Shown here: positions 1 to 13,214 of the stretch, piece after piece
How positions within the stretch are numbered: position 1 is the stretch's first letter
Layout of the letters: every line of letters begins with the position of its first letter
Source of the DNA: Octopus sinensis
Lineage: Eukaryota
Assembly (NCBI RefSeq): GCF_006345805.1
Contig: NC_043001.1
Span: 13,640,001-13,704,000 of the forward strand
Direction of reading: 5' to 3'
Length of the DNA stretch: 64,000 nt
Translations under genes and position numbers: made by a program
Notes under the pieces: model-generated
Database searches by the model: none
What the model was told of the DNA's origin: nothing
Seen by the model: only the letters and a program-made list of their open reading frames with translations

Positions 1-115
1 ATATATATATATATATTTATATATAGTTATATAAGTATATATATATATATCATGATTAGCTAAAAGTAAACCGGTTCATAAAAGCAATGCTCTGTCGTTT
101 ATAATATAGCAGAAC

Positions 116-120
<5 letters not shown>

Positions 121-154
<34 letters not shown>

Positions 155-177
155 ATGTATATATATATTTATTTATT

Positions 178-210
<33 letters not shown>

Positions 211-233
211 ATGTATATATATATTTATTTATT

Positions 234-266
<33 letters not shown>

Positions 267-360
267 ATGTATATATATATATTTATTTATTTATATATAT
301 GTGTGTGTGTGTGTGTATGTATATATATATATTTATTTATTTATATATATATATGTGTGT
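121..360. repeat. Compound (TA)n/(TG)n/(TTTA)n microsatellite with ~60-bp higher-order period (~4 units)
   Basis: Unit atatatatatgtgtgtgtgtgtgtgtatgtatatatatatttatttattt recurs about four times. Confidence 0.9.
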
Positions 361-2839
361 GTGCGTGTGTTTCTGTCTGTATATCTGTAGTTGGCTCAGC
401 ACCACTTGATAACGGACCTCAATTTGTTTTACCCGCTCCTTAAGTTCGCTGTTCAGCAAAAGTTAATAATAAAATGTGTACGAGACCTTCAACAGACGGC
501 GGTCCCAGCACGGCTGCAATCCAGGAAGGAAAACGATTTAAATATATACTTTCTAGTTTTCGAAACGCGATTGTATATTAAAATCGATTCCTCATTTTAT
601 ACTCTGTTATTCATCCACTGAACAATTGTTTTCACAACATTATTATTGTCTGTATATTCTTATCATTGTTGTCTGTTTCAAATCGTATATTACCTTTCTA
701 TGTATAGACACAGAATTGTGCATTCATTTAGATTTATATGTGTATGCATATGTGTCAGACTGTGTATGGATGCATGTACTTGTGTTGGCGTGTACTTTTA
801 TAAATTTGATCTTTGTATTTGTATGCATTTTCTTCATCAAATTGTAAAAAATTCAAATGATCGCCATGTCTTATGATATAGCAATTCCTAATGATTTCTA
901 GAGCAGGTGTCGGCAAACATAACATTGTCCTATTCTTGAAATCGTCGATATGTTATCGATCCACTACCTGAAAATTTCTAAAGTGAAATTAAAGTAGCAT
1001 AATAAGGAAAAGTATTCTTGATTTAAAAGACCTAATTCTTTTGGTTTGTATTATTATTAAATTGGAAATATTTAACGAAAGTTAAGGAAAATACTTCACC
1101 AAAACTGATTAATAACAATAATAGTTCATTAATGTTACCTTGATATAGTCGGAAGAGTTAATATGAAATATGCATTTGGTGAATATTAGTTATTGCATCG
1201 ATATTGTGATTGGAAACCAGAGTGTTCTAGCCTTTTATTACTGTACTCTTCCAGAACCAGTCATGGCACCACCTTCGCAGCAGCACTGGCTGAACACCAC
1301 CACTGGCTGAGGCTTTCTGCCTGTCTATCTCCAGATTCAATGCGCCCACACTAACGGAGCTTAAGATGGTGGCTGAGAGCAGCACACTTCACCTTTCCTG
1401 TAAATAAACCAGTTGTAAATAGCATTTGTGCTTGAAGTTTTTTCTCTTCGCCTGCCGGAAGCCTGAACTACATAAAGAACAAGAAGATGATGGAAGGAGA
1501 CAATATTCTTCCGATATCGTAAACCTTGCTTTCCATTACTAAAAATTGAGTCACGTGTAGTTCAAACCCTTTTAAGGCGTTTCTCCAGTCCATGACTCAC
1601 CACAAAATCACAACAGGCCAATTCTGACTTTAGGACCCTGTTTTAAAGGAACATAACGTTTATATAAATTACTTTTTATTTCTAGCAATATATTGTTAAC
1701 GTTTGGCAAATATGTTTTTGAACACGCTTGATATCAAATTCGTTGCTTTAACACAAGAACCACTAATGAGAATTTTCAAATATTCTCTAAAATAGATGGG
1801 TTAAGTGTTTCTGGAGGCAGGGAATATATTAGAAGAAGCAAGGGATTTCATTTTCCTTTATTTCCTTTTTGAATAAAACACGAGTTTTAAGAGAATTTGG
1901 GGGAAAAAATCCGGAAGCGAGAGAGAAACCTCCCAAAAGGTTGCGTTGTGTGTTTTGAAACTGCCATTAGGGAAATGTTTATTGCATTTATTTTGAAATA
2001 TTGTACACATATTTGGATAAGCAATGTTTTGGAGTTACTGGTTAATGTATCTCAGGAATCAGATGCCATGCGATGTAACAATTTTACACGGCATTATTCT
2101 TCAAAATATTTCCTCTCATCTATAATATTGATATATAGCACTCAATTCCTTTTCCTACTAAGATAAATCTCTGAGAAAAGTATTAGGTTTACCATTTTCT
2201 CCTCTATGATGTTGAAAATTACTAAGAGTTTAATTCTGCTTTTCTCATAGATGCAAGCACCATTCGTGGTTTCTTGTTTTTCTACAATTACTTAATCTGT
2301 TGTTTTATTTACGATTTGCTATGCCTTTAAACACATGCAGTTTCTTGTTCTTTATATATATGTGGTGGTGGAAATATCGAGTTTATTTTACAATAACATC
2401 ATTGTTTTCTTTGTTTACAAATTCCTATATGCTTAAGTGAAGAAAGGAACTGAGAATAAAGTGCAGTGTTGGAAAACTTCCCGGTCGTATTAACAAAATA
2501 AAGGAGAGCGTACCTGCCTTGAAGAGAAAGTGATGCATCATATGTCTGCACCTTATATTGGAAGAAATGCTACAGACTCCCAAAAGTTTGTTTTATATGG
2601 TCGATTGAGGACAACAGAATTTTATTAAATCCTTTTTGTTGCAGGTGAGAGAAATACTGATTAGAAATTAGATATTACGAACAGGTACGTGCTAAATGGT
2701 TAAATAGCATGGTGGAAGTAACAGGAAGCAGGAAACGGGGATGTTGTGAATGCGTGTTGGATACAGCTGTGGGTTACTTTTGATGAGTCTTGATGTTCAG
2801 GAAACACTGCAGGTACATAAATGGGAAAATAACGCCATA

Positions 2840-3262
2840 GGCGTAGGAGTGGCTGTGTGGTAAGTAGCTTGTTTACCAACCACAGGTTCCGGGTTCAGTC
2901 CCACTGCGTGGCACCTTGGGCAAGTGTCTTCTACTATAGCCTCGGGTCGACCAAAGCCATGTGAGTGGATTTGGTAGACGGAAACTGAAAGAAGCCCGTC
3001 GTATATATGTATATATATATATATATATATGCGTGTGTGTCTTTGTGTGTCTGTGTTTGTCCCCCTAGCATTGCTTGACAACCGATGCTGGTGTGTTTAT
3101 GTCCCCGTTACTTAGCGGTTCGGCAAAAGAGACCGACAGAATAAGTACTGGGCTTACAAAAAGAATAAGTCCCGAGGTCGAGTTGCTCGATTAAATGGCG
3201 GTGCTCCAGCATGGCCGCAGTCAAATGACTGAAACAAGTAAAAGAGTACAAGAGTAAAAGAG
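2840..3262 (+). mobile_element. tRNA-derived SINE family A (CORE-like), full length
   Basis: A-box-like tggctgtgtgg, B-box-like ggttcagtccc, CORE-like gcaccttgggcaagtgtctt, internal (TA)/(TG) tract, (gagtaaaa)n tail; at least 8 copies in the window. Confidence 0.85.
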
Positions 3263-3589
3263 ATATTCTTAGAGGTTCAAACTCAGAAAGATTCCGACTG
3301 CAATGTCGGTTACAATATTAGCCCAGTTTTATCAGCAGGTATGGTGAGGATATCATATTTATGATAGAGCTGATGAATAACATATATAATAATATTGTTG
3401 GGTTATGGCAGGGTAATTTATCAAGTAGCGTAATGCAAATAACACGGATTCTATGATTCATTCAACAAAAAAATTAGAAGTGACCCTGGTACGATTCTAT
3501 AGAGACGTAGGAAAGACAATTGCAACAGCAAGAATAGAAGAGATCAATACAAATATATTAATTTCAAATTTTGACACGAAGTCAGCAAG

Positions 3590-3775
3590 TTTTGCTCAGT
3601 GGGTAACTCGATTAAATCAACCCCAATGTTCACCTACTACTTACTTTATCGACTCCGAAAGAAAAAAAAAAGAGCAAGGGTGACCTCGGCGGAATTTGAA
3701 CGCAGAATGTGAAGACTGACGAAATGTCGCTAAGCATATCGCCCAGCATGCTAACGACTCTGCCAGCTTGTAGCA
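3590..3775 (-). mobile_element. SINE family B, degenerate copy
   Basis: Reverse complement of the family B head and core (gacctcggcggaatttgaac...gctaacgactctgccagct). Confidence 0.75.
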
Positions 3776-3809
3776 TTATACGTATACAAATATATCAAAG
3801 ACAAAAAGC

Positions 3810-4020
3810 GGAGATCTTGCAGAAACGTTAGCACACTGGGCGAAATGTTTAGCGGTGTTTCGTCTGTTTTTAAGATCTGAGTTCAAATTCCACCGCGATC
3901 GACTTTTCCGTTCATCCTTTCGGGGTCTATAAATTAAGTACCAGTTGCGTATAGGTGTCGATCTAATTAACTTGACCCTTACCCCAAAATTTCCCGCCGT
4001 GTGCCTAGAGTAGAAAAGGA
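3810..4020 (+). mobile_element. SINE family B, degenerate copy, head-to-head with 3590-3775
   Basis: gcagaaacgttagcac...gagttcaaattcc...catcctttcggggtc...aagtaccag. Confidence 0.75.
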
Positions 4021-4242
4021 TATAATACAGGCAAAAGTTAAATAAATATAGCAGTTAGAAAAATAGAAACGATAAGCGAGAGAGTAAGCAATATGATGGA
4101 TAGAAAGAAGATAGAAATTTGACAAAGGAAAAAATTACGTACGCATTCAGGTTTTGATCCTTAGTCCTTAGCTTGTAATATGGAAGTACGGTTTTCGTAG
4201 ATTTACTGTTACTGAGAAACAAGTTACATAAAGTAACATACT

Positions 4243-4628
4243 TGGAAGCACTCCATCGGTTACGACGATGAGGATTCCGGTTGATCCGAATCAACGGAAC
4301 AGCCTGCTCGTGAAATTAACGTGTAAGTGGTTGAGCACTCCACAGACACGTGTACCCTTAACGTAGTTCTCGGGGATATTCAGCGTGACACAGAGAGTGA
4401 CAAGGCCGGCCCCTTGAAATACAGGTACAACAGAAACAGGAAGTAAGAGTGAGAGAAAGTTGTGGTGAAAGAGTACAGCAGGGATCACCACCATCCCTTG
4501 CCGGAGCCTCGTGGAGCTTTTAGGTGTTTTCGCTTAATAAACACTCACAACGCCCGGTCTGGGAATCGAAACCGCGATCCTATGACCGCGTGTCCTCTGC
4601 CCTAACCACTGGGCCATTGCGCCTCCAC
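4243..4628 (-). mobile_element. tRNA-derived SINE family C, full length, 13-bp TSD
   Basis: Minus-strand head gtggaggcgcaatggcccagtggttagggcag...gtttcgattccc; TSD aaagtaacatact at 4230-4242 and 4629-4641. Confidence 0.9.
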
Positions 4629-4819
4629 AAAGTAACATACTACATTTAGTAGGTCTGGCATAAATTATAAACTTATTTAAATATATTTCAGTATGACTAA
4701 AAATTTTATAAATTTTATGATTTCTGTAAAAAGTAATGAAACACATTTTGATTCATGTCACGAATTATGTTTCACTTTTTTATGGAAGCCAAACCATAAA
4801 AAATACATAACAGGGCGTT

Positions 4820-4881
4820 ATCATCATCATCATCATCATCATCATCAACATCATTATTGTTGTTGTTGTTGTTGTTGTTGA
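4820..4881. repeat. (CAT)n/(GTT)n microsatellite
   Basis: Direct reading. Confidence 0.9.
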
Positions 4882-5231
4882 TATTTATTTATTTATCTAT
4901 TTGTTTAATTTTACTGGCTGTTGCATCAATATAATTATCACGAGTGGAAATATTGGGAAAAAATATTGAAATTAATGAGATTTTTAACAAGTAACTTCAA
5001 TGACGTAGAGTAAAATCGTAAATAATTTGTGAAGAAGTGACTTATTAACCATAATTTCATTATGATTCTTACAAAAACATTTGCTAATCATTATTGCAAC
5101 TGAGGCGGCGAGCAGGCAGAATCTGTAGGACGGTGAGAAACACGGGAAGCCTCATTTCGTCTTTCTACGTTCTGAGTTCAACTTCCGCCGAGGTCGACTT
5201 AGCCTTTCATCCTGTTATTGTTGATAATATA

Positions 5232-5648
5232 TATTGCTTTACTACCCACAAGGGGTTAAACCTAGAGGAAAAAAAACAAGGACAGACAAAGGGATTAAGT
5301 CGATTACATCGATCCCAGTGCGAAACTGATACTTCATTTATCGACTCTGAAAGGATGAAAGACAAAGTCGACCTCGGCAGAATTTGAACTCAGAACGTAA
5401 CGACAGACGAAATACCTATTTCTTTATTACCCACAAGGGGCTAAACATAGAAGGGACAAACAAGGACAGACATAGGTATTAAGTCGATTACATCGACCCC
5501 AGTGCGTAGCTGGTACTTCATTTATCGACCCCGAAAGGATGAAAGGCAAAATCGACCTCGGCGGAATTTGAACTCAGAACGTAACGGCAGACGAAATACC
5601 GCTAAGCATTTCGCTCGGCGTGCTAACGATTCTGCCAGCTCGCCGCCT
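5232..5648 (-). mobile_element. SINE family B dimer with 17-bp TSD, nested antisense in an older family B-like copy (~5098-5760, +)
   Basis: TSD ttattgttgataatata at 5215-5231 and 5649-5665; host head at 5098-5214 resumes after 5665. Confidence 0.85.
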
Positions 5649-6431
5649 TTATTGTTGATAATATAAGTACTAGATGAGTGTTGGGATCACTCGAATCGAC
5701 TTATTCCTCCTTGAAATTGCTGGCCCTGTGCTAAAAATTGAAAGGAATAACTATAGTATGACGTATGAGCCCTGTATGATTATTTCTGAAATTTGCACAC
5801 TAAGATCCAATAGAGTCTGACGTCAACAGTATTTATCAATATTGTATCACAGCAAAATATTTTCCTATGGTTAATGATTTTCCAATCAAGGATAATTTCC
5901 CTTGGAATTTTAATAAATGCCTGGCCTTCCTAATTAAATTTGGCTGCGAATTTACATGTCTCTGTTAAATTAGTCAAATTAGGCACAAATATTAATCATG
6001 ATTATGAAATAAATTACGTTATTAAATTATTTATCTATGAGACCTTTTACAATAATAGCTGATGAATAAAACGTGTAAGATGTGATATTCATCAGAACCT
6101 AAGTCAAACTTGATGTGCAACACCGTAAATGTTTTGATATCATGCTAAACGCTGATTGCTGTGAATAGTAGCAAATCTTACATGAACTCTATCCATAACT
6201 GACACATTTTGTCAGCTATTTAATGTGAACTCAACTTTTAATGAATAGATTAAGCAGATATTGGTAATGCTATGAATTCCGGTAGGTAAAAAGGCTGCTA
6301 AAACTATACAGGTTACTAGAAATTGACGGCGAGTATTTTGATGGACTGACAAGCCGAAAAACACTGTGGTCACGGAGAATTATACAGGTACTTTAAGTTA
6401 TTTAAACTCGCAAGATTTCTAATGTTATATT

Positions 6432-6838
6432 CTTTTACTCAATTACTTGTTTCAGTCATTTGACTGTGGCCATGCTGAAGCACCGCCTTTAGTCGAGCAA
6501 ATTGACCCCAGGACTTAGTCTTTGTAAGCCTAGTACTTATTCTATCGGTCTCTTTTGCCGAACCACTAAGTTACGGGGACGTAAACACACCAGCATCTGT
6601 TGTCAAGCGAAGTTGGGGGGACAAACACAGACACACAAACGTATACACACACATATATACATATATACATATATACGACGGGCTTCTTTCAGTTTCCGTC
6701 TGCCAAATCCACCCACAAGGCTTTGGTCGACCCGAGGCTATAGTAGAAGACACTTACCGAAGGTGCCACGCAGTGGGACTGAACCCAGGACCATGTGGTT
6801 GGTACGCAAGCTAATTACCGCATAGCCACTCCTACGCC
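6432..6838 (-). mobile_element. SINE family A, full length
   Basis: Reverse complement of 2840-3262. Confidence 0.9.
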
Positions 6839-7680
6839 TACGATAGCAAAATTTTCTGTTGATAAGAGTGGAAATAATTAAGAATATATTTTTAATACAT
6901 ACACACATATACATATACGTATGTATGTATGTATGTATGTATGTATGTATGTGTGCATGTAAGTATATATGCATGTATATATGTATGTATGGATGTATAT
7001 ATACGTATGAATATGTATTTACCTACCTATATATACAGGCACTTATGTATGTGTATATATATTTATGTGTATATATATGCGTGTGTTTGTGTGTATAATT
7101 TTTAACAGGATAACAAGGCTACCATTAGTTTCATACTGCGAGAAAACTGTTTAAAATGATCAAACTTACCTTATGGAATGTTGAGTGTAGTCATCACTTC
7201 AGATGAGATTTCGTTAAACTCTACTGGATTTGAGGAGAAATAAATGCAGATCATGGGAGATAACGTATAAGAAAATCCTAATTGCTCTTCTCCTTCCCTT
7301 AGTATTAGAATCTCTAATGGAATTGGGCTCTGTATGAATTGATCAGTTTCTTCATCGTTTAATGCGTGAACGGTAGTGCTTGATCAAAGTTATAAATAGA
7401 AGTACACACGTGTGTGCACATGCACATCTATACACATGTGCACTCGCACATTCACTCACACACATAAAATTTGCTGTTGTGTCGCGATATATATTTTATA
7501 TTCGTTTACTGAAACACTTCTGTTAGGCATAAATATAATAACCTCTTATTGACATAATATTTTGACAGTACATTCCATTGAATATTCCGACAGTGGTTAA
7601 CATTCATTCTTGTAATTAAATTCCAGACCTCTTCCACATGACTTAAACTCGATGGTGAAATATAACAGCCTCCCTGTACG

Positions 7681-8243
7681 TTGGGTTGATTTATAGTAGC
7701 CAATTTATAGTAGCTTGCATTTCGACTTATTTTAGAACATGGTTGAGTCCATATAATAGGGTTTGACTACACCTCCATTTAAATCACAGTTTAAGCTATC
7801 TTTTCGTGGAAGAAGGTTTATGTTCCTATAAACTGTGTTAATTCTGTAACCCTTTAAAATGGAAGATAAGAAAGTTCATTTCTGGCATTTGATGCTTTGG
7901 GAACCAGACGAAAACTGCTGCAGCTCGGCTGGGATGTGTTACCCCACCCTCCATATTCACCAGATACTGCTCCTTCGGACTTCCATTTATTCGGGTCTAT
8001 GCAGAATAGTCTTAATGGTAAAAATTTCAATTCCTTGGATGACGTAAAAAGATACCTTGGTGAATTCTTTGCCATGAAACCAACTCAATCCTGGGAAGAG
8101 GGTATTTTCAAGTTAAAGGAAAGATGGAGACGCATTGTGCCACAAAATGGGTTCATATTTGGTTGATTAAAAATGTAATGGCAAGTTTTTATTGACCTTG
8201 TTCTTTCGTTTAAAAATCGACATGAACTTTCCGGACAACCCAA
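7681..8243 (+). mobile_element. Internally deleted mariner transposon (non-autonomous)
   Basis: MEDKKVHFWHLMLW fused to LGWDVLPHPPYSPDTAPSDFHLF...WEEGIFKLKERW (YSPDL-type motif); 3' TIR catgaactttccggacaacccaa followed by TA; 5' TIR eroded (ttgggttg). Confidence 0.9.
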
Positions 8244-9159
8244 TAGTTTTGCACTAAGTGATAACATATGTAGCTCTTGAAATTTCAATGCAACACATAG
8301 ATTTTCATTGCTGACACAGCGAAGTATACTTAATGCTATAACACTGAAATATCGAATAGAGGTTATCTCTCAAATAACTAAGCAAATACATTAAGTAGAT
8401 TAAGATAAATAATAAATTATAATTAACTTGTTATTCAGATATACTAATTAAACATATAAATGAGAAGAAATGCCAGAGTATTACTTAGGGACAGGATAAA
8501 TTGCAGTAAAAGAAAATAGAGGTGTAAATCGCATATAATAGAAAAGTCTATTTTCACTTTCATAGATAACATTATGGTGATCCGCACAAAACTTTACATA
8601 CATTCGTATATGCATATAGGGGGGGGATGGGTATGTGCGCGCGCTCAATCTATCTCCTTTCTATTTAACCATCTACTTCCACCTTTCAGCATTGAATGAC
8701 TATTAAGTTGCAACTTTGTTTGGCCTCTTAAATTCAAATAAGCAGTAAAACATCGTTTTACTTACGATAAGGTCATTTTTATTTATAGGATATTGTTTCC
8801 CCTTTTTTTTTACGCACCAACTCAAATTTAATAATCTCGCCTCTCGTAAATAATTCTCGAGCATTTTGTATAAGTTTTATTGGCTGTTCCCTGTATAAAT
8901 AGCTACAACATCTCTACTTTTACTTCCGAGAAAATTTTGAGAAGCACCGATTGTAATCATGGCCAACTGCTGTGAAGGCTACGGCAAACGCGCCCACACG
9001 TATACACACACACACACGCACACACACGCATATGTATATATATTTAAATACATATAAATTTGTATATAATCTATAGTATACAAACACACTCTAACACACA
9101 TACACACGCACCAATATATATGGTCTTTCTTCCACTCCCTACTATCTTTCGTATCTGTA

Positions 9160-9500
<341 letters not shown>

Positions 9501-9569
9501 ACCTATACAAACTACTGCTCGTGCACGCAAGACATCACATTTATACATATTTATAATATATACAGAGTA

Positions 9570-9661
9570 GTAGATAGAGAGAGATACATACATAGATAAA
9601 TCCATATATACATACAGGCAGACAGACAAGCATAGATACAGAAATGTTGATAGATAGATAA

Positions 9662-9710
<49 letters not shown>

Positions 9711-10032
9711 CAGATAGATAGATAGATAGATAGATAGATATGTTTCTTTATTAGCCACACAGGGCTGCACACAGACGGGACAAATTACAAGGTAGAGCTT
9801 TTCTTTTGGGAATAAAAAGGGGGGGGTTCAATCAAAAGGGATCGTAAAGATATATAGACAGATAGACAGATAGATAGAGACAGACAGACAGACAGAGCGA
9901 GGCATATAGAGAGAGAGAGGCAGATAGAGAGAGACAGACAGACAGAGCGAGGCAGATAGAGAGACAGATAGATACAGACAAACAGAGAGGCAGACAGACA
10001 GACAGACAGATAGATAGATAGATAGATAGATA
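9570..10032. repeat. (GATA)n/(GACA)n tracts enclosing a second, ~110-bp copy of the Tx1-like 3' end (9740-9848, minus)
   Basis: gtttctttattagccacacagggctgcacacaga...aaggtagagcttttcttttgg occurs at ~9742 and ~10034. Confidence 0.9.
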
Positions 10033-11890
10033 CGTTTCTTTATTAGCCACACAGGGCTGCACACAGAGAGAACAAATTACAAGGTAGAGCTTTTCTTTTG
10101 GGGGTAAAAAAAAAGGGGGTTGGTTTTCGATCAAAAGGGATCGTAAAAGGAAAGAAAGAGAACAAAAAAAGGGGAGGATTTTAAAAAAAGGGAGGGGGAG
10201 GGGAAAAAAAGTTGATCAATAGGGATCGTAATCACAGAAATGTCAATATGAAGTGTAAAGGGGAGGACAGGTGAGGTTTACCCGTGGAAAGAAAAGCCTA
10301 CGGAAAAGACCACGGTAACCTCGGTCAATGAAGTCACATGTTATATTTGTTTTGTTTTTTTGCAAATAAGCAACTCTCTGTATTAATTTTTACGGTTCAT
10401 AGAATCATAGTCAAGGTCGCTTCGTCATTCATACGTGCCATCCTTGCTACATTCACCCATCTTTTTTTAAAACATTCACTAGATACTTGAAGAAGTTGAT
10501 GAGAGATTGACCAGAGAGGAAAGTGTTTGTCTCTAATCCTTTCAGGCGCGTCCACCAGATACATTCTTTCGCCATAGCCACAAGTATGATAAAAATAGCT
10601 CTTCCTTCCCGTTTGAAGGAAGGTGGCGTGACGATATTAACGATAGACTCGGCTGATAAACCGACACGTCCCACACGTGACAGCAGTCATTCGACATAAG
10701 CCCACAGGTCGGAAATTGTTGGACACTGCACGATTGCGTGCAGAGCGGTTTCGTCGCTCTGCCCGCATCTCGGGCAGGTCGGCCCCGTGTTTCTCGAGCC
10801 ATGCCTATAGAGCTTATCCCGAACGGGTAGCGCTTCTCGGTAGCACCGCCAGGCCAGGGATCTCTGGATGTTGTCCATAGGTCCCGGGCCGAAAGTCGTT
10901 TGAAACAGGCGGGTCAGGTATTCCTCGTCTACGCCCAGGTTTGCCCCGAGATCGTCGTGGTACCTCCCCTCCACTAATCCCCTATAGAATGCTTTGGTTG
11001 TGTTGAAGTCACTCAAGGTCGACCCGGGACGGCAGAGTTGCTTGAGAGCAACGCGACACTCGCGGTGCCATTCGCCCTTCCTCGGCCTCTTTTTGATCCA
11101 CGACTGCAGTTCGGTCATGGAGACGAGTTGCGGGAATGCGTGCCTCACAAACGGCGACCACACCTGTTCACCGTCGTCTACATAGAGCCGGAGATGTCGC
11201 AGTTTCAGCGCGTGTCTGCGCATCATCAACCACTGCATGCCCAGCCCTCCTTTTAACGGGTGTTGACAGCAAGTGGATCGCCTAACCAACGGGACGCATC
11301 CTTTCCACAAAAAGCGGAAGAGAATGCGTTCTAGTTTGGTGATGGTAGGGTCGGGACAAGGTACGACGGTCAGGCGGTAGTAGATGATGGACGCGATGTA
11401 CGTGTTCGCCACCTCCGCCCGACATTTTAGGGACAGTTTCCTCTCGGCCCATTGCTGGGCGAGAGTGACCACCCTACTCGTTATCTCGTTCCAGTTCTTC
11501 TCCATTTGGAGGTCCGGACCGAACCAGACCCCGAGCAACTCAACTGGGCCGTCTGTCCAGCGTCCCACGACGGAGGTACTGGTGGACGGCATGGGCTTGC
11601 TTCTCCAGGTGCCGAGCCGCAAGCCCACTGACTTTTCCCGGTTGATTTTTGCTCCTGTCACCGCTTCGTAGTCTTTCAGTGTCTCGCCGACCCGCTCGAT
11701 GTGCTCGTGGCTTGACACTATGACGGTGACGTCGTCCGCGTATGCAGACACGCTCGTCCCGCATCCCAATTCTCGCGGGATGCCCCTCAGAGTCGCCAGC
11801 TTCTGCAGTAGTGGCTCAAGAGTCAATACGTATAGAAGCGCCGAGAGGGGGCATCCCTGACGGACCGAACGTGCAATGTCGAAAGGTCTC
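10033..11890 (-). mobile_element. 5'-truncated Tx1/L1-clade LINE (RT C-terminal half, zf-RVT, 3' UTR)
   Basis: PFDIARSVRQGCPLSALLYVLTLEP, SAYADDVTVIV, GAKINREKS, GGLG, CPRCGQSDETALHAIVQC; one in-frame TGA at 10687-10689, same frame continues to 10453; ends aataaagaaac+(TATC)n. Confidence 0.92.
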
Positions 11891-12088
11891 AGATAGATAG
11901 ATTCATTAATATATAGGAATGTATTGTTTTCAATGACTTACGAGTGATACCAATTCAAAGAATATTACGTATACTGAACTTGATATCTCTCTGCCTATTA
12001 TCTATCTAGTTAGCTATCACACGCTATCTGTATTTCTTTTCCTACCTATGGTTTAATTTATATATATACACCCACGCATATATAGATG

Positions 12089-12125
<37 letters not shown>

Positions 12126-12499
12126 CGTAGAGTAGATGAAATCTTTAGCGACTGAAGAAGGGGTTTTTCTTTGTGTTAATTGTCCTGTACTCTATTTTTT
12201 TGCTGTTTTTAAATAGTTGTCCAGTTCCTTTGGTTTGTGTCTGTTTTCGTTTCTCTTTGTGTTCGACGTCCCTTTGGTGTCCTGTACACATATATGCGTG
12301 TATATGTACATGTAGAGGTAGGTACGTACATATATGTTTATATATATGCATATGTTTTATTTTATTTATTAATATATATACATAATATATATAGGCTCTC
12401 CCGTATGAGTATTTTCATTCTGCCGAACGACATGCACACATGATTTGTTAATAGTGATCACCTATATGAGTCGTACATTAGGTCACTCTGGCCATCAAA

Positions 12500-12672
12500 T
12501 CGATTTTGGCCGAACTGGTGCACTGTGTCCTACATGTCAGGTGTCGAAGGGATCGCAGAGCAAAGTGAGATGAAGTGTTTTGCTCGAAAACAAAACGTAC
12601 TCCTCCCCTGGAAATCGAAACCACGCTCTCGCGACCGTGAGTGCATTACCATAACCACTAGGCCATGCGTCC
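12500..12672 (-). mobile_element. Degenerate SINE with a family C-like tRNA head and CORE-like body
   Basis: Minus strand gtggacgcatggcctagtggtta...gtttcgatttcc followed by gagcaaaacacttcatctcac. Confidence 0.6.
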
Positions 12673-12769
12673 ACAATCTTACGATTAAATTGTATTATAT
12701 TATATTAAATTACGCGCAAACACACACATGATACACACACACACACACAAACAGACACGTCCATATATA

Positions 12770-12995
12770 CTCTTTTACTCTTCTTTTACTCTTTTACTTG
12801 TTTCAGTCATGTGACCGTGGCCATGCTCGAGCATCACCTTTAGGCCAGCAAATCGACACCAGGACTTATTCTTTGTAAGCCTAGTACTTATTCTATCGAT
12901 TTCTTTTGCCGAACCGCTAAGTTACGAGAACGTAAACACACAAGCATCGGTTGTCAAGCGATGTTGGGGTGACAAACACAGGCACACAAACATAG

Positions 12996-13032
<37 letters not shown>

Positions 13033-13115
13033 CATATATACGACGGGCTTCTTTCAGTTTCCTTCTACCAAATCCACTCACAAGGGTTTGGTCGGCCCGA
13101 TGCTATAGTAGAAGA
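12770..13115 (-). mobile_element. SINE family A lacking its head; left arm of a fold-back
   Basis: Family A body and tail on the minus strand. Confidence 0.9.
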
Positions 13116-13124
13116 CGTATAGTA

Positions 13125-13171
13125 GAGTGGATTTGGTAGAAGGAAACTGAAAGAAGCCCGTCGTATATATG

Positions 13172-13214
<43 letters not shown>

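Noticed and set aside
1230-1500. GC-richer island as an exon
   Set aside because: No splice-bounded frame on either strand gave a convincing or recognisable peptide.
7171-7383. 70-codon minus-strand frame with a PDZ-like LGFSY and a perfect AAG|GTAAGT donor
   Set aside because: The stop precedes the donor, the acceptor is poor and the similarity is limited to a few residues.
10542-11764. Overlapping ORFs in other frames of the Tx1-like LINE; also 51212-51654 antisense ORFs
   Set aside because: By-products of GC-rich coding sequence with few stop codons.
12145-12270. ctgaagaagggg as a hammerhead core (similar at ~32580)
   Set aside because: No paired stem II or downstream GAAA could be placed.
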